DNA of 36,023 nucleotides, taken from a virus (lineage: Duplodnaviria > Caudoviricetes). Within the stretch, counting starts at the first letter, position 1, and each line of letters opens with the position of its first letter. A program made the translations under genes and the position numbers. This document shows, piece after piece, positions 17,828 through 26,482 of the stretch. The notes beneath the pieces were generated by a model that did no database searches, was not told the origin of the DNA, and worked only from the letters and a program-made list of their open reading frames with translations. The stretch lies in the IMG/VR virus record IMGVR_UViG_3300024308_000049, positions 1 through 36,023 of that record; one strand, 5' to 3'.

Positions 17828-18220
17828 TCAACGATTCAACAACCGCTCTTTCTCAAACTCGGCGTCCAAGCGGAGCTTGCGAGCAGCAAGCGGCTCAAGC
17901 ATTTTCACCACAGCCAGGAAGTCCGCCAGCGCCTCGGCAGCGTCAATCAGGATGTAATCAATATTTGATTCATCGATGTTCACATCGAACACGTAGACCA
18001 CGCCAGGAAGTTCATCTGCAGCCCGGACAGCAGCATCGCGGCGGTAGAGCACATAGACGCCATCCTCTTCGTCGTAGCGCACGAATCCTAGGCCCTTGTA
18101 CATCAGGTCATCGTCAAAATTCTCCCAGTTGGCCAGGCTTGGTTTTACAAGCTCCTCCAATGTCTCACCAACCCTCACCAACCCGCCCTTCTCAACCCTG
18201 TAAACGGCCATTTCATTCAC
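17828..18220 (-). CDS. Acidic hypothetical protein
   Basis: 130 aa ORF, AGGAG near the start (exact start uncertain), lower GC than its neighbours. Confidence 0.7.
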   Translation of the reverse strand: MNEMAVYRVEKGGLVRVGETLEELVKPSLANWENFDDDLMYKGLGFVRYDEEDGVYVLYRRDAAVRAADELPGVVYVFDVNIDESNIDYILIDAAEALADFLAVVKMLEPLAARKLRLDAEFEKERLLNR

Positions 18221-18237
18221 TCCTACGGTTAAAAACT

Positions 18238-18462
18238 TCTGTCGGAATTCTGTCGGAATTCTGTCGGAATTTTTTATTTATTAAAAACAATAACTTAACT
18301 CTGTTTCCGACAATCCGACAGGTATTTTAAAAACTCTCACGTGTATGTAGGCGCGTGCGCGCACGTGAGAAAACCTCAAAAAGCTGTCGGAATGTCGGAA
18401 CGCCCGCCGCACTAGGCTTGCGGCCTGTCGGAATGCTGTCGGAAGTCTGTCGGAATGTCGGA
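18238..18462. repeat. Putative replication origin: 11 TGTCGGA iterons, AT-rich tract and central palindrome
   Basis: TGTCGGA at 18240, 18251, 18262, 18385, 18393, 18426, 18437, 18448, 18456; inverted copies at 18306 and 18314; AT tract about 18268-18300; TCTCACGTG/CACGTGAGA at 18335-18370; immediately after the primase-helicase. Confidence 0.8.
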
Positions 18463-18466
18463 AACA

Positions 18467-20992
18467 TCAGTCCAATGCTCCCGGCGCAGGGATAGACCGT
18501 CGATCAAAGTGCGCACCAAACTTGCGGCACTGCACCCCCGCCTCAGCCGCCCAGCTACGCCCAAGCTCAGCCTTGCGTGCCGCGAAGGCTGGCGTCACGT
18601 AAATGCGCGTCGTCTTGAAGTCATCCGAGGTTGTCGGGTACTTGATATCAGGCCGCTCTCGCAGCAAATCGCGCCCAGCCTCCTGCTGGAAGTCGCGCTC
18701 GCGCCGCTTGAACTCGTTCGCACCCTCGCACCACTTACAGAACGCCTGCCACAGATCGGCCTGCGTCACCGCACCGGTGACCGGAAACTCGGTTTCCCCC
18801 GCCATCCAGCGCCGCACGAAGTACCGAGGCGCCGCCAGGCTGCCATCGATCAACGCCTGCTTCTCATCGTTCAGCGGCGGCTTGCTGTGCGGGCTGAACC
18901 CGGTCAGATCCAGATTCATCAGGTAGTGGTAGAACGCCTCGATGCCACCGTTTTCGATCTCCTGCACCAGCGCCTGAAAGTAACCGGCCGGCGGCACGCG
19001 ATCGACATACAGCACCAGGTAGCGCCGGTCACCATCATCCAGAGCCAGCGGCACCGTAGAGTTCGACAAGAACACGAAGTTGAGGTGGTTCGCCTCCTCT
19101 CGCACAGGCATGTTCTTCTCGTTGATCTGCAGCGTCTCACCGGTCACCAGATGCTTGAGCACGCCCTTGTAGTGGCGCATCTCTTCACGGCTGACCACCT
19201 CCTCTGCCAGCGCGAACAACTTGCGACTCTGCCAGCCCGTGAACTGGCTTTCGAGCTGGGCCTGGCCGATGGTCGTGCCGTACTCGCCATAGATGCGCCG
19301 CACCACCTGTTCCCACAGCAAGCTCTTCCCTGGGCCCTCAGCGCCGAACATCACCACCGCCGTGGCCATCTTCGCGCCAGGGTTTTGCAGCGGGTAGGCA
19401 ATCCACTTCAACAGGAAGGTGTACTCATCCACCCGGTTATTGCACAGCAGGCCAAGGTGCTTGCGGATCAGCAAACAACCATCGGCCCCGCGCTCATCCT
19501 GCTGCACCTTGAACCCGTCATACAGATTCAGCAGCAACGGCCCGCAGCGCTCGGTCGGATCGAACACCACATCCTGCGCCATGCGCCGATGCTCGCTCTC
19601 CTGCCACCACTTGTAGCGGGTACGCCCGACCGCCTCACGAATCGCCGACAGCTTCACCATCCGCGCACGCTTGCAGTCCCACGCCGTATCGGTGCCGTAC
19701 ACCACCACGAAATCGCTCACCAGCTCCTGCTCACTGATGCGAAAGCCCCCGCCCCCCGCGTGTGTGTGAGCGAGCGCGCCATCGTCGCCCTGGCCGGAAT
19801 CATCCTGGCCAGCGCACTCAAGAGAAGGGGCGCAGGGAAGAGAATCGCCACCATCAGCCGCGAACGCATCAAACGCCTCGAGCGCGGCCAACTCCAGCGC
19901 CGCCACCAACTGCTCACGCACCGCATCCAGCCCTTCGGCCACCTGCAGGTCGTTCCAATCCTTGCCATGGCCACCGGCCGGGAACACCGCCACGCCGCCA
20001 ACCTCCAGCGCAGCGGCCTCGGCCTTCGTGCGCCCCGGGTTGCCCGGCTTGGTTGGGTCATCATCACCACACAGCACAATGCGCGCCGCTGGGTGCTTCG
20101 CCCGAATGGCCCTGGCCACCGCTGGCATATTCCCCGAGTCCACCGCCATCACCACCGGCCAGCCAGCAGCCTCCAGGCAACTGGCAGCCGTGGCGTAACC
20201 CTCAGCAATGCCGATCACCTCAGTGGCCAGGTGCTCGCCCAACACGTGGAAGCAACCCGCCTTGCGCCCGTAGCGCGGGAACAGCTTATTGCCCAGCGGG
20301 TTGATCTGCTGCAGCGACTGAATCACCCCCAGCTCATCGCGCAGCGCAATCACCAGGTCACCACGCTTGAGCACCAACATCGACAGATGCGCCGGCCGAG
20401 GCTTCGGCACCGACTTCAGGAAGGTCTGCGCGTGCTCGCCCTCCCAGATCTGGCAGCGCTGCTCTTGGTCATCGATCTCCAGCACCACCGTGCGCGCCAT
20501 AAAGCGCACGCCCCAGGCCTGCACCTGCTTCTTGTCCAGATACGGGCTGCTGCCCTGCTCGCTGGCATGCTCAGCCCAAATGCGCTGGCAGGCACCGGCC
20601 ACGGCGGTACGCATCACCGCCAGCAAGGCTTCGTCCGCCTCGATCTCGGCCTGGCGCTTCGCCCGGCGAGCCTCCTGCTCGCGCACGAACTGGCGCTTCT
20701 GCTCGGCGGTCAGCTCCTTCTTCTCTGGCGTCCAACCGTTGTCCTGGGCCAGCTTGATCACCGAGCCCAGGCCGGTACCGCTCTTGCGGAACGACTTCCA
20801 CACCGACTTCGCGTCGGCCAGCTTGTAGCCGGTGCCGCTCTGGCTCCAATCGTTCCAGGCATCCCAGCCCGCCTCGCCAAACTCGGCCTTGATGCCCATG
20901 CCGACCGCCACCCACGTCTCCCGGCTATCAGCCGGGATAAAACGCAGCAGCAACGGCAGCTCAGAAAGGGAAAGCGGGATATTGTCAGACAC
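18467..20992 (-). CDS. Primase-helicase (PriCT-2 + TOPRIM + D5/P4-like NTPase)
   Basis: RETWVAVGMGIK (PriCT-2); AEGYATA, DSGN, CGDDD, DWNDL (TOPRIM); GAEGPGKS (Walker A). GTG 20992 has a GGAGG RBS. Confidence 0.93.
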   Translation of the reverse strand: MSDNIPLSLSELPLLLRFIPADSRETWVAVGMGIKAEFGEAGWDAWNDWSQSGTGYKLADAKSVWKSFRKSGTGLGSVIKLAQDNGWTPEKKELTAEQKRQFVREQEARRAKRQAEIEADEALLAVMRTAVAGACQRIWAEHASEQGSSPYLDKKQVQAWGVRFMARTVVLEIDDQEQRCQIWEGEHAQTFLKSVPKPRPAHLSMLVLKRGDLVIALRDELGVIQSLQQINPLGNKLFPRYGRKAGCFHVLGEHLATEVIGIAEGYATAASCLEAAGWPVVMAVDSGNMPAVARAIRAKHPAARIVLCGDDDPTKPGNPGRTKAEAAALEVGGVAVFPAGGHGKDWNDLQVAEGLDAVREQLVAALELAALEAFDAFAADGGDSLPCAPSLECAGQDDSGQGDDGALAHTHAGGGGFRISEQELVSDFVVVYGTDTAWDCKRARMVKLSAIREAVGRTRYKWWQESEHRRMAQDVVFDPTERCGPLLLNLYDGFKVQQDERGADGCLLIRKHLGLLCNNRVDEYTFLLKWIAYPLQNPGAKMATAVVMFGAEGPGKSLLWEQVVRRIYGEYGTTIGQAQLESQFTGWQSRKLFALAEEVVSREEMRHYKGVLKHLVTGETLQINEKNMPVREEANHLNFVFLSNSTVPLALDDGDRRYLVLYVDRVPPAGYFQALVQEIENGGIEAFYHYLMNLDLTGFSPHSKPPLNDEKQALIDGSLAAPRYFVRRWMAGETEFPVTGAVTQADLWQAFCKWCEGANEFKRRERDFQQEAGRDLLRERPDIKYPTTSDDFKTTRIYVTPAFAARKAELGRSWAAEAGVQCRKFGAHFDRRSIPAPGALD

Positions 20993-21143
20993 AGACCGCC
21001 CTCCATGCGTTGGCAGCCTGCCAGTAAGCCTGCAGGGCGACCTTGATGCCTTCCCAGTCGCGCATCGCGTGCAGTTCACGCAGGCGCTGGGCGGCACGAT
21101 TAACTTTGGCGCGCAGATGGGCGCGCAGGGCTGGGCGGTTCAT
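20985..21143 (-). CDS. 52-aa hypothetical protein (MNRPALRAHLRAKV...)
   Basis: Translated by hand; ATGA overlap upstream and overlap with the primase start; fills the operon gap. Confidence 0.65.
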   Translation of the reverse strand: MNRPALRAHLRAKVNRAAQRLRELHAMRDWEGIKVALQAYWQAANAWRAVCV

Positions 21144-21406
21144 TTGCCACCCCCATCAACCAGATGCAGCGACTCTCGCGCCACGGTGCTGTTAGCTTCC
21201 TTGAGCATATCGAGCACGAAGGCGGCGTCAGCAATGCCAAGATCTGCCGCCATGGAGCCACCCACTGCCCCGATAAAACCGGCATACAGGCGGGCGCGCT
21301 TCGCTGGCGTATCCAGGCCGTTGGCCAGGGCGATATCCATGAAGGCCCCGCCGAGCATCTCCCACATATCCGAGCCAAGCTCGGCAGCGTTGATTTCTTC
21401 AGCCAC
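21140..21406 (-). CDS. Hypothetical protein
   Basis: 88 aa, overlaps genes on both sides, GGAGG RBS. Confidence 0.7.
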   Translation of the reverse strand: MAEEINAAELGSDMWEMLGGAFMDIALANGLDTPAKRARLYAGFIGAVGGSMAADLGIADAAFVLDMLKEANSTVARESLHLVDGGGK

Positions 21407-21605
21407 GCCGCACCTCCATCAACCCCTGGCAGCTCACGCAAAAACGGCAACCCGGCACTGCTTGGCGCCGGGCTTCGGGAATGTCGTCACCACAGCTGTC
21501 GCACTCGGTCGCGCTCTCGCCCTGGTACACCACACGGTTATCGATGGCCTGCTGCAGGCGCGCCTGCTGGGCCGCTTCAGCCATTTCCAGTACGCGCTCA
21601 TCCAT
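21399..21605 (-). CDS. TraR/DksA C4 zinc-finger protein (PtrB-like)
   Basis: CDSCGDDIPEARRQAVPGCRFCVSCQ. Confidence 0.93.
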   Translation of the reverse strand: MDERVLEMAEAAQQARLQQAIDNRVVYQGESATECDSCGDDIPEARRQAVPGCRFCVSCQGLMEVRRG

Positions 21606-22107
21606 CGTGGCGCTCCTCCCCAGCCAGCATGGCCTGCTCGGCGCCGGCGATGATCGCCAGCACCTGGCGAATCACCTCATGCCCGTGGTGCCGCAGCGCC
21701 ACAACCTCATGCGCCTGCCAAACGTTGTCGGCCGCACCGTCGTGCAGGCTGCCCACGAACTCCCCCTCGCGCTGCAGCAAGTCACCCACCGCCTTCAAGG
21801 CATCGCGGGTCGCCTTCACCGGCACCGGCTTGAACCACACCGCCCCGGCCGGACGCATCAGCGCGTCCAGCAGGCGCGGGTCATTGGTCAGGCGGATGAT
21901 GTCTTCAAGCTCGTCCGGGTTTGGCCAGCGGCGTTCCTCGGTCGGGTTCAGCTTCTTCTGCAGGGTGTCGTAACCCGTTACCAGGTCGAGATGCATATCA
22001 GTGGCCAGGGCGCCAATGCCGCCCCGATGGTCACGCCCGGCGCGGTAAAGCGCGTGGCGCAGGGAGAGCACCGGGCCAGCGCCCGGCAGCAGATCTTGTC
22101 GGCTCAT
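21598..22107 (-). CDS. Phage CII-family regulatory protein
   Basis: YDTLQKKLNP HTH and D.RLLDAL motif; position downstream of cro. Confidence 0.75.
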   Translation of the reverse strand: MSRQDLLPGAGPVLSLRHALYRAGRDHRGGIGALATDMHLDLVTGYDTLQKKLNPTEERRWPNPDELEDIIRLTNDPRLLDALMRPAGAVWFKPVPVKATRDALKAVGDLLQREGEFVGSLHDGAADNVWQAHEVVALRHHGHEVIRQVLAIIAGAEQAMLAGEERHDG

Positions 22108-22117
22108 ACCTACCCCA

Positions 22118-22461
22118 AGCCGGCCCCAGGCGGGGCCGGCTGTTGTGTGCTGTGTCTGCCGAGCTGGGCAGTCAGAGTTGCCCCGCTCGACCCCTTCCGT
22201 GCCGAGGGTCAGAGGCCCCGGCGCGGTTACTACCTAAAACCGCCGTTTAACGACATAGCCAGGCAGCCAGGGTTTCCCCTACTATTCCGGCTACGGCGAC
22301 TCGATGTTTCCACGTGCTGTGTCGGCATCGAGCGTCGTGCGCCTGGCGAGGGGTCAGAGCCTCGCCAGGCACCGGTGCAAGGGGTCAGAGCCTTGCACCA
22401 CCCCGCCCACCTGTGTGTCAGAGCTCAGGTGGGCAACCCGCTGGCCCCTTCGGGGGCCAGC
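22118..22461 (-). ncRNA. Highly structured leader between cro and cII: hairpin array with five CUCUGAC loops and two GACACAGCAC boxes
   Basis: GTCAGAG (+ strand) at 22171, 22208, 22353, 22384 and 22417, each enclosed by a different inverted repeat; GTGCTGTGTC at 22147 and 22314; flanking hairpins at 22118-22141 and 22440-22461. Confidence 0.7.
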
Positions 22462-22523
22462 ACCTTTGAGGGCTTAGCGCCCTCTCTCTCTTTCTGCATC
22501 AACCTGCTTCTGGAGAGAAACCA

Positions 22524-22706
22524 ATGCCTGCTCAACCAGATTTTGCTGCAGCCCTTGCAGCGCTAGACCAAGCGCTGGCTGCATTGCCGCCAACAGCTGT
22601 TGGAGATCAAGAGCCGAAGTTTCGCCTGGACTACCTTCGCTCGATTGAGCAGCTACTGGCTGCCCAGATGCGGATTCACAAGCTTCAGGGGAAATACAAG
22701 CCGTAA
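22524..22706 (+). CDS. Small hypothetical protein, antisense to the PR operon
   Basis: 60 aa helical-looking ORF with GGAGA RBS; competes with the overlapping minus ORF 22474-22755. Confidence 0.45.
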   Translation: MPAQPDFAAALAALDQALAALPPTAVGDQEPKFRLDYLRSIEQLLAAQMRIHKLQGKYKP

Positions 22707-22751
22707 GCTCCAGCGTGATGCCGAAAGCAGTGAAACCTTGAGAAAGGCGGA

Positions 22752-23006
22752 TCATGCGGCCTCCGAGTGATTAAGCTCAGCCTCAGGCACGCCGAAATGC
22801 TGCAAGACCTCACAAAGCGAAACCTTCCCCTCACTTTCCCGCGCCAAGGCGCGCAGTAAGCGGAAGCGGGGTTCCTTGCGGGCGTACAAAACGTGCACCT
22901 TCATGTAACCGATAGTCACCCCGCAGCGGCTTGCATACGCCTCAAGCGGGTTACCACCCGGTTCACGCGGGCTATCAATGCTGCGGATGTAGTCGACGAG
23001 TTTCAT
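22752..23006 (-). CDS. cro: Cro-like HTH regulator
   Basis: Divergent from the repressor; ATG 23006 with GAGGTGA RBS; HTH YASRCGVTIGYMKVH. Confidence 0.75.
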   Translation of the reverse strand: MKLVDYIRSIDSPREPGGNPLEAYASRCGVTIGYMKVHVLYARKEPRFRLLRALARESEGKVSLCEVLQHFGVPEAELNHSEAA

Positions 23007-23030
23007 TCTGGTCACCTCGGTCGACATAAT

Positions 23031-23083
23031 TACCGAACGGGTAACGAATAGCAATACCCGACAGGGAATTTACCCGGCGGGTA
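23031..23083. promoter_or_regulatory. OR operators (3 x TACC-N5-GGTA) overlapping PR/PRM
   Basis: TACCgaacgGGTA at 23031, TACCcgacaGGGA at 23055, TACCcggcgGGTA at 23071. Confidence 0.8.
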
Positions 23084-23104
23084 ATTACTGGCTCAATCTC
23101 TCTT

Positions 23105-23791
23105 ATGAGCAAATACCCCACGATCCCCGAAATACGACACGCCAACCTGCGCCGGGTAATGGACGAGCAGGACATTGGCCCGGCCGAACTCGCTCGCCGA
23201 CTTGGCAAATCACCGAGCCAAGTTGGGCAATTCGCCGGCCCAACTAGATTCAAGGGCATCGGCGATGACGCCGCGCGCGAACTCGAAGAGCTGCTTGGCC
23301 TGGCTCCCTACGACCTAGACAACCCAATCGTATTGCTCGGCCTGAGCACTGCCGAATCCGGTAGCTATCACACGGATGCGACCTTCCAGGCGTACACCAA
23401 GGGCAAGATACCTGTAGTAGGTGTCACAGCGGCAGGAGCTGCAATGGAAGTAATCGACCTCTACCAACCAGGCGTCGCCGAGGAATGGATAGACGCTCCG
23501 AAGAACTACACCCCTGGCTCCTTTATCCTGCGCCTGTCCGGCTTCTCTATGCAGCCTAAGTTTTGGGATGACGACCGCGTGATGATTGAGCCAGCCCTAG
23601 CCTGGTCAGTCGGCGACTTCGTATTCGCTAAGCGTCCAGCCCACGGCGACGGAACCTTCAAGAAGCTGGTAGAAGAAGATGGCCGCATGTTCCTGTTTGC
23701 GCTCAACCCAGACTTCAACCCCCGCTACATTGAAGTGACGCAGGATTGGCACATCGTAGGCAAAGCCACATTCCGGCTAGATAAACTCTAA
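23105..23791 (+). CDS. cI: CI-like repressor (HTH + S24 autopeptidase)
   Basis: N-terminal XRE HTH, Ala-Gly site (TAAG), catalytic Ser (GFSM) and Lys (TFKK). Confidence 0.95.
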   Translation: MSKYPTIPEIRHANLRRVMDEQDIGPAELARRLGKSPSQVGQFAGPTRFKGIGDDAARELEELLGLAPYDLDNPIVLLGLSTAESGSYHTDATFQAYTKGKIPVVGVTAAGAAMEVIDLYQPGVAEEWIDAPKNYTPGSFILRLSGFSMQPKFWDDDRVMIEPALAWSVGDFVFAKRPAHGDGTFKKLVEEDGRMFLFALNPDFNPRYIEVTQDWHIVGKATFRLDKL

Positions 23792-23796
23792 ATAAA

Positions 23797-23839
23797 TACC
23801 CATCAGGTATTTACAAGCATTACCCAACAGCTATAGATT
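23797..23839 (+). promoter_or_regulatory. OL operators and PL promoter
   Basis: TACCcatcaGGTA at 23797, TACCcaacaGCTA at 23821; TTTACA at 23810 with TATAGATT at 23832. Confidence 0.75.
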
Positions 23840-23875
23840 GATCGCGTACCCACACTCTGACCCCCGGAGTACGCG

Positions 23876-24067
23876 ATGCAACAGACACAGCACACATCCG
23901 CCCAGGTGCTCCTGCACCCGGCATGCACCACCAACCCGGACGCCGTCCGCGCTGTTCAGCAGGCCACTGGCCGCTTTGTAGTGCTCGTAGGCGGCCGCCC
24001 CACGCTGAAGCAGCCCCAAACCCTGCCCGCCTTCGAGGACTTCGGCCCTTGGGGAGGCGCAGCATGA
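23876..24067 (+). CDS. First early (PL) gene, hypothetical
   Basis: 63 aa, GGAG RBS within a hairpin, ATGA overlap with the next gene. Confidence 0.75.
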   Translation: MQQTQHTSAQVLLHPACTTNPDAVRAVQQATGRFVVLVGGRPTLKQPQTLPAFEDFGPWGGAA

Positions 24068-24342
24068 GCACCCACAACGAGCACGAACTCAAGGCCTACC
24101 GCGCCCGACTGCTCAGCCTGCTGACGCGGGTTCGCAACGCGCCCGACCTCCCATCGATGGACGCCGACTTCTACATCGTCCTCGGCTGGATCAGCGCCGG
24201 CCACTGCCTGGACGCCATCAGTATCGGCGCAAGTGACAGCCTGCATGATCTGGTACTCAACGCCAGTCAATACCGCTCCGCCGAGTTTGCCCACCAAGCC
24301 GAGGCCCAGCGACTGGCCCGCGCACAGGAGCGTGCAGCATGA
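24064..24342 (+). CDS. Hypothetical protein (MSTHNEHELK...)
   Basis: ATGA-coupled on both sides, GGAGG RBS. Confidence 0.75.
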   Translation: MSTHNEHELKAYRARLLSLLTRVRNAPDLPSMDADFYIVLGWISAGHCLDAISIGASDSLHDLVLNASQYRSAEFAHQAEAQRLARAQERAA

Positions 24343-25181
24343 CCTACGCCCTTACCCCAATGTCCGCCCGCGCTATTGGCGTTTTGCTGAACGCCGGCGG
24401 CGGCTCCGACGCGATCCTGCTGCGCCGCCCCGAGAGCGAACTGCGCGCAGAACTGCACATTGAACGCTGCGGCCGCACCCTCACGGCCACCATCCTGCTC
24501 GGCCATCAGCGAAGCAGCCTGACACTGCAAGATGGTGACGGCGCCAACCAGCTGAACCTGGCCGAGCAGATCGAAGCCATCGCCAACGGCACAGCCGACA
24601 CCGCCGAAACCGGCGCGATCGGCACCCCGGCCACGCTAAAAACCTGCTGCAAGTGCGGCGGCGAGGCCATCGGCTACGACTACGCGATACCCGGCACCGA
24701 GTATCGCCACGGCGTGAAGTGCCGGCACGGCGACTGCCAGGCGGTCGAAGGCGCCACCACGGCGGACGAAGCCCATGCCGCCTGGAACCGCATCCAGGCC
24801 GAGAAGCTGGACGAGCCCACCGCCCATCCCGCCGACATGGTCAACCACCCTCCGCACTACAACGGCCACCCCTCTGGCCTGGAGTGCATCGAGGTGACCG
24901 AGCTGCTGCCGTTCAACCTCGGCAACGCTTTCAAGTACGTGTTCCGCCACCGTAGCAAGAACGGCCGCGAGGATCTGGAGAAGGCCCGCTGGTACCTCAA
25001 CCGCGAACTGGAGCGCTGCGAGCGCGGCGGCATCAGCATCGGCTACCTGCAGGCCACCCACGCCCTGGCCGGCCGCATCGCCGCGCACGAACCGTACCCG
25101 GTTGGCGCTGCGCTGGTGGCGATTGCCGCCGACGAGCCAGCCGAAGCACTGCACTGGATCGAGCACCTGCTCGCAGCCTGA
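24339..25181 (+). CDS. Mosaic protein: Lar-like zinc ribbon plus DUF3310 domain
   Basis: CCKCGGEA...C..GDC...AWN; DMVNHPPHY...FNLGNAFKYVFR...KNGREDLEKARWYL. Confidence 0.8.
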   Translation: MTYALTPMSARAIGVLLNAGGGSDAILLRRPESELRAELHIERCGRTLTATILLGHQRSSLTLQDGDGANQLNLAEQIEAIANGTADTAETGAIGTPATLKTCCKCGGEAIGYDYAIPGTEYRHGVKCRHGDCQAVEGATTADEAHAAWNRIQAEKLDEPTAHPADMVNHPPHYNGHPSGLECIEVTELLPFNLGNAFKYVFRHRSKNGREDLEKARWYLNRELERCERGGISIGYLQATHALAGRIAAHEPYPVGAALVAIAADEPAEALHWIEHLLAA

Positions 25182-25191
25182 GGGCCACGCC

Positions 25192-25476
25192 ATGAACCGC
25201 ACCGTGAAAGAGGCCGCCCAGGTACTGGGCATCGCCGAGAGCCAGCTGCGCGCCCACCTGCGCAGCATCAACGCCCTCAACCGCGACGGCACCCTGGCAG
25301 CGCGCCACATCGGCGGCGGCAAGCTGTTCATGGATCCGCGCGTGACCACTATCAAGCGCATCGGCATCCGCAAGCACTACGCCCCAGTGATGGTCACCGA
25401 AGCCGGCATTGACTGGCTGGCCAAGCAGCTCGGCATCGCCATCACCGAACTCCCGGCAAAGGACAGCGCCGCATGA
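25192..25476 (+). CDS. Antirepressor KilAC-like domain protein
   Basis: TVKEAAQVLGI...VMVTEAGIDWLAK; ATG 25192. Confidence 0.75.
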   Translation: MNRTVKEAAQVLGIAESQLRAHLRSINALNRDGTLAARHIGGGKLFMDPRVTTIKRIGIRKHYAPVMVTEAGIDWLAKQLGIAITELPAKDSAA

Positions 25477-25850
25477 ACAAGCCCAACCCAATCGCCGACG
25501 CCATCGGCGTCGTCAAGCTGGCCAGCATGCACCACGCCAACCCGGGCACCGTCAGCGCCGCCACCGTGCGCGACGCTGCAGACGAATGCATCGAGCGCCT
25601 GCAGGGCATTCCGCCCCAGGCGCTGGAGCTGGCCGCACTGTACTGCGCGCTGTTCGCCCTGCTGCCGAACCGCTGGCTGCCCTACGTCACCCTCACCGGC
25701 GACACCGAGCGCCCGTTCGGCGCGGTGATCACCGACGAAGCCGGCAACATCGCCGCCACCACCATCGGCAAGAGCGTCGAAGGCGTCACCGCAATCATCG
25801 CCGCCAAGCTCAGCCACCCCACGGCGGGGTGCGGGGAGGTGGTGCAGTGA
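25473..25850 (+). CDS. Hypothetical protein
   Basis: 125 aa, overlaps genes on both sides. Confidence 0.75.
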   Translation: MNKPNPIADAIGVVKLASMHHANPGTVSAATVRDAADECIERLQGIPPQALELAALYCALFALLPNRWLPYVTLTGDTERPFGAVITDEAGNIAATTIGKSVEGVTAIIAAKLSHPTAGCGEVVQ

Positions 25851-26086
25851 GCAACACGTTCGAACTGCTCCAGCAGCGCCACAAGGCCAACAGCCTACCG
25901 CTGGATGAAGTGCGCGCCGAGTACTTCTCGCACATCAAGACGGAGAAGCGCCTGCGCCACCTCATCCGCACCGGTGAGGTGCAGCTGGCCACCTTCAGGA
26001 TATCCGATTCGCGCCTGGCGCCGCTGCACGTGCGCCTGGCCGACCTCGCCGCCTACCTCGACGCTCGCGCCGAGCAAGCGGCTTAA
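25847..26086 (+). CDS. Pyocin activator PrtN-family protein
   Basis: GTG 25847 with GGAGG RBS; NTFELL...LPLDEVRAEYF...SRLAPLHVRLADLAAYLD. Confidence 0.82.
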   Translation: MSNTFELLQQRHKANSLPLDEVRAEYFSHIKTEKRLRHLIRTGEVQLATFRISDSRLAPLHVRLADLAAYLDARAEQAA

Positions 26087-26137
26087 CCCCCGCGCCCGGC
26101 GGCACCGGGCAATTCTCTGACAACCGAGGCACAGCAC

Positions 26138-26482
26138 ATGAAACCCACTGACAGCTCCGACTTCATCCAGTCCCTCAACGCCGGCGTCTTCGCCGAGCAG
26201 TTCGGCCGCGCCCTATCCGACGTCGCCGCTGGCGTGGTCGACCACGGCAAGGAAGGCACCGTAACCCTGACCTTCAAGCTCAAGCAGATCGCGCAGACCA
26301 ACCAGGTGAACGTGACGCACAAGCTCGACTTCTCGCAGCCCACCAAGCGCGGCAAGAAGCGCGAGGACACCACCCTCGACACCCCGCTGTATGTCACCCC
26401 GGACGGCCTGCAGTTGTTCCAGACCAACCCGACCGATCAGCTCTTCCGCAAGGAAGACACGCCCGTTCACGCGCGCAGCTGA
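26138..26482 (+). CDS. YfdP-like phage protein
   Basis: 114 aa with VAAGVVDHGKEG.VTLTF and TPLYVTPDG motifs; the usual partner of DUF2303. Confidence 0.75.
   Translation: MKPTDSSDFIQSLNAGVFAEQFGRALSDVAAGVVDHGKEGTVTLTFKLKQIAQTNQVNVTHKLDFSQPTKRGKKREDTTLDTPLYVTPDGLQLFQTNPTDQLFRKEDTPVHARS

Noticed and set aside
18238-18462. TGTCGGA repeats as CRISPR or VNTR
   Set aside because: Units are 7-11 bp in both orientations next to a replication gene; iterons fit better.
18455-21046. 863-aa plus-strand ORF
   Set aside because: Shadow of the primase-helicase.
22160-22434. Hairpin array as a CRISPR array
   Set aside because: Only the 7-nt loop is constant; stems differ, spacing is irregular and there are no cas genes.
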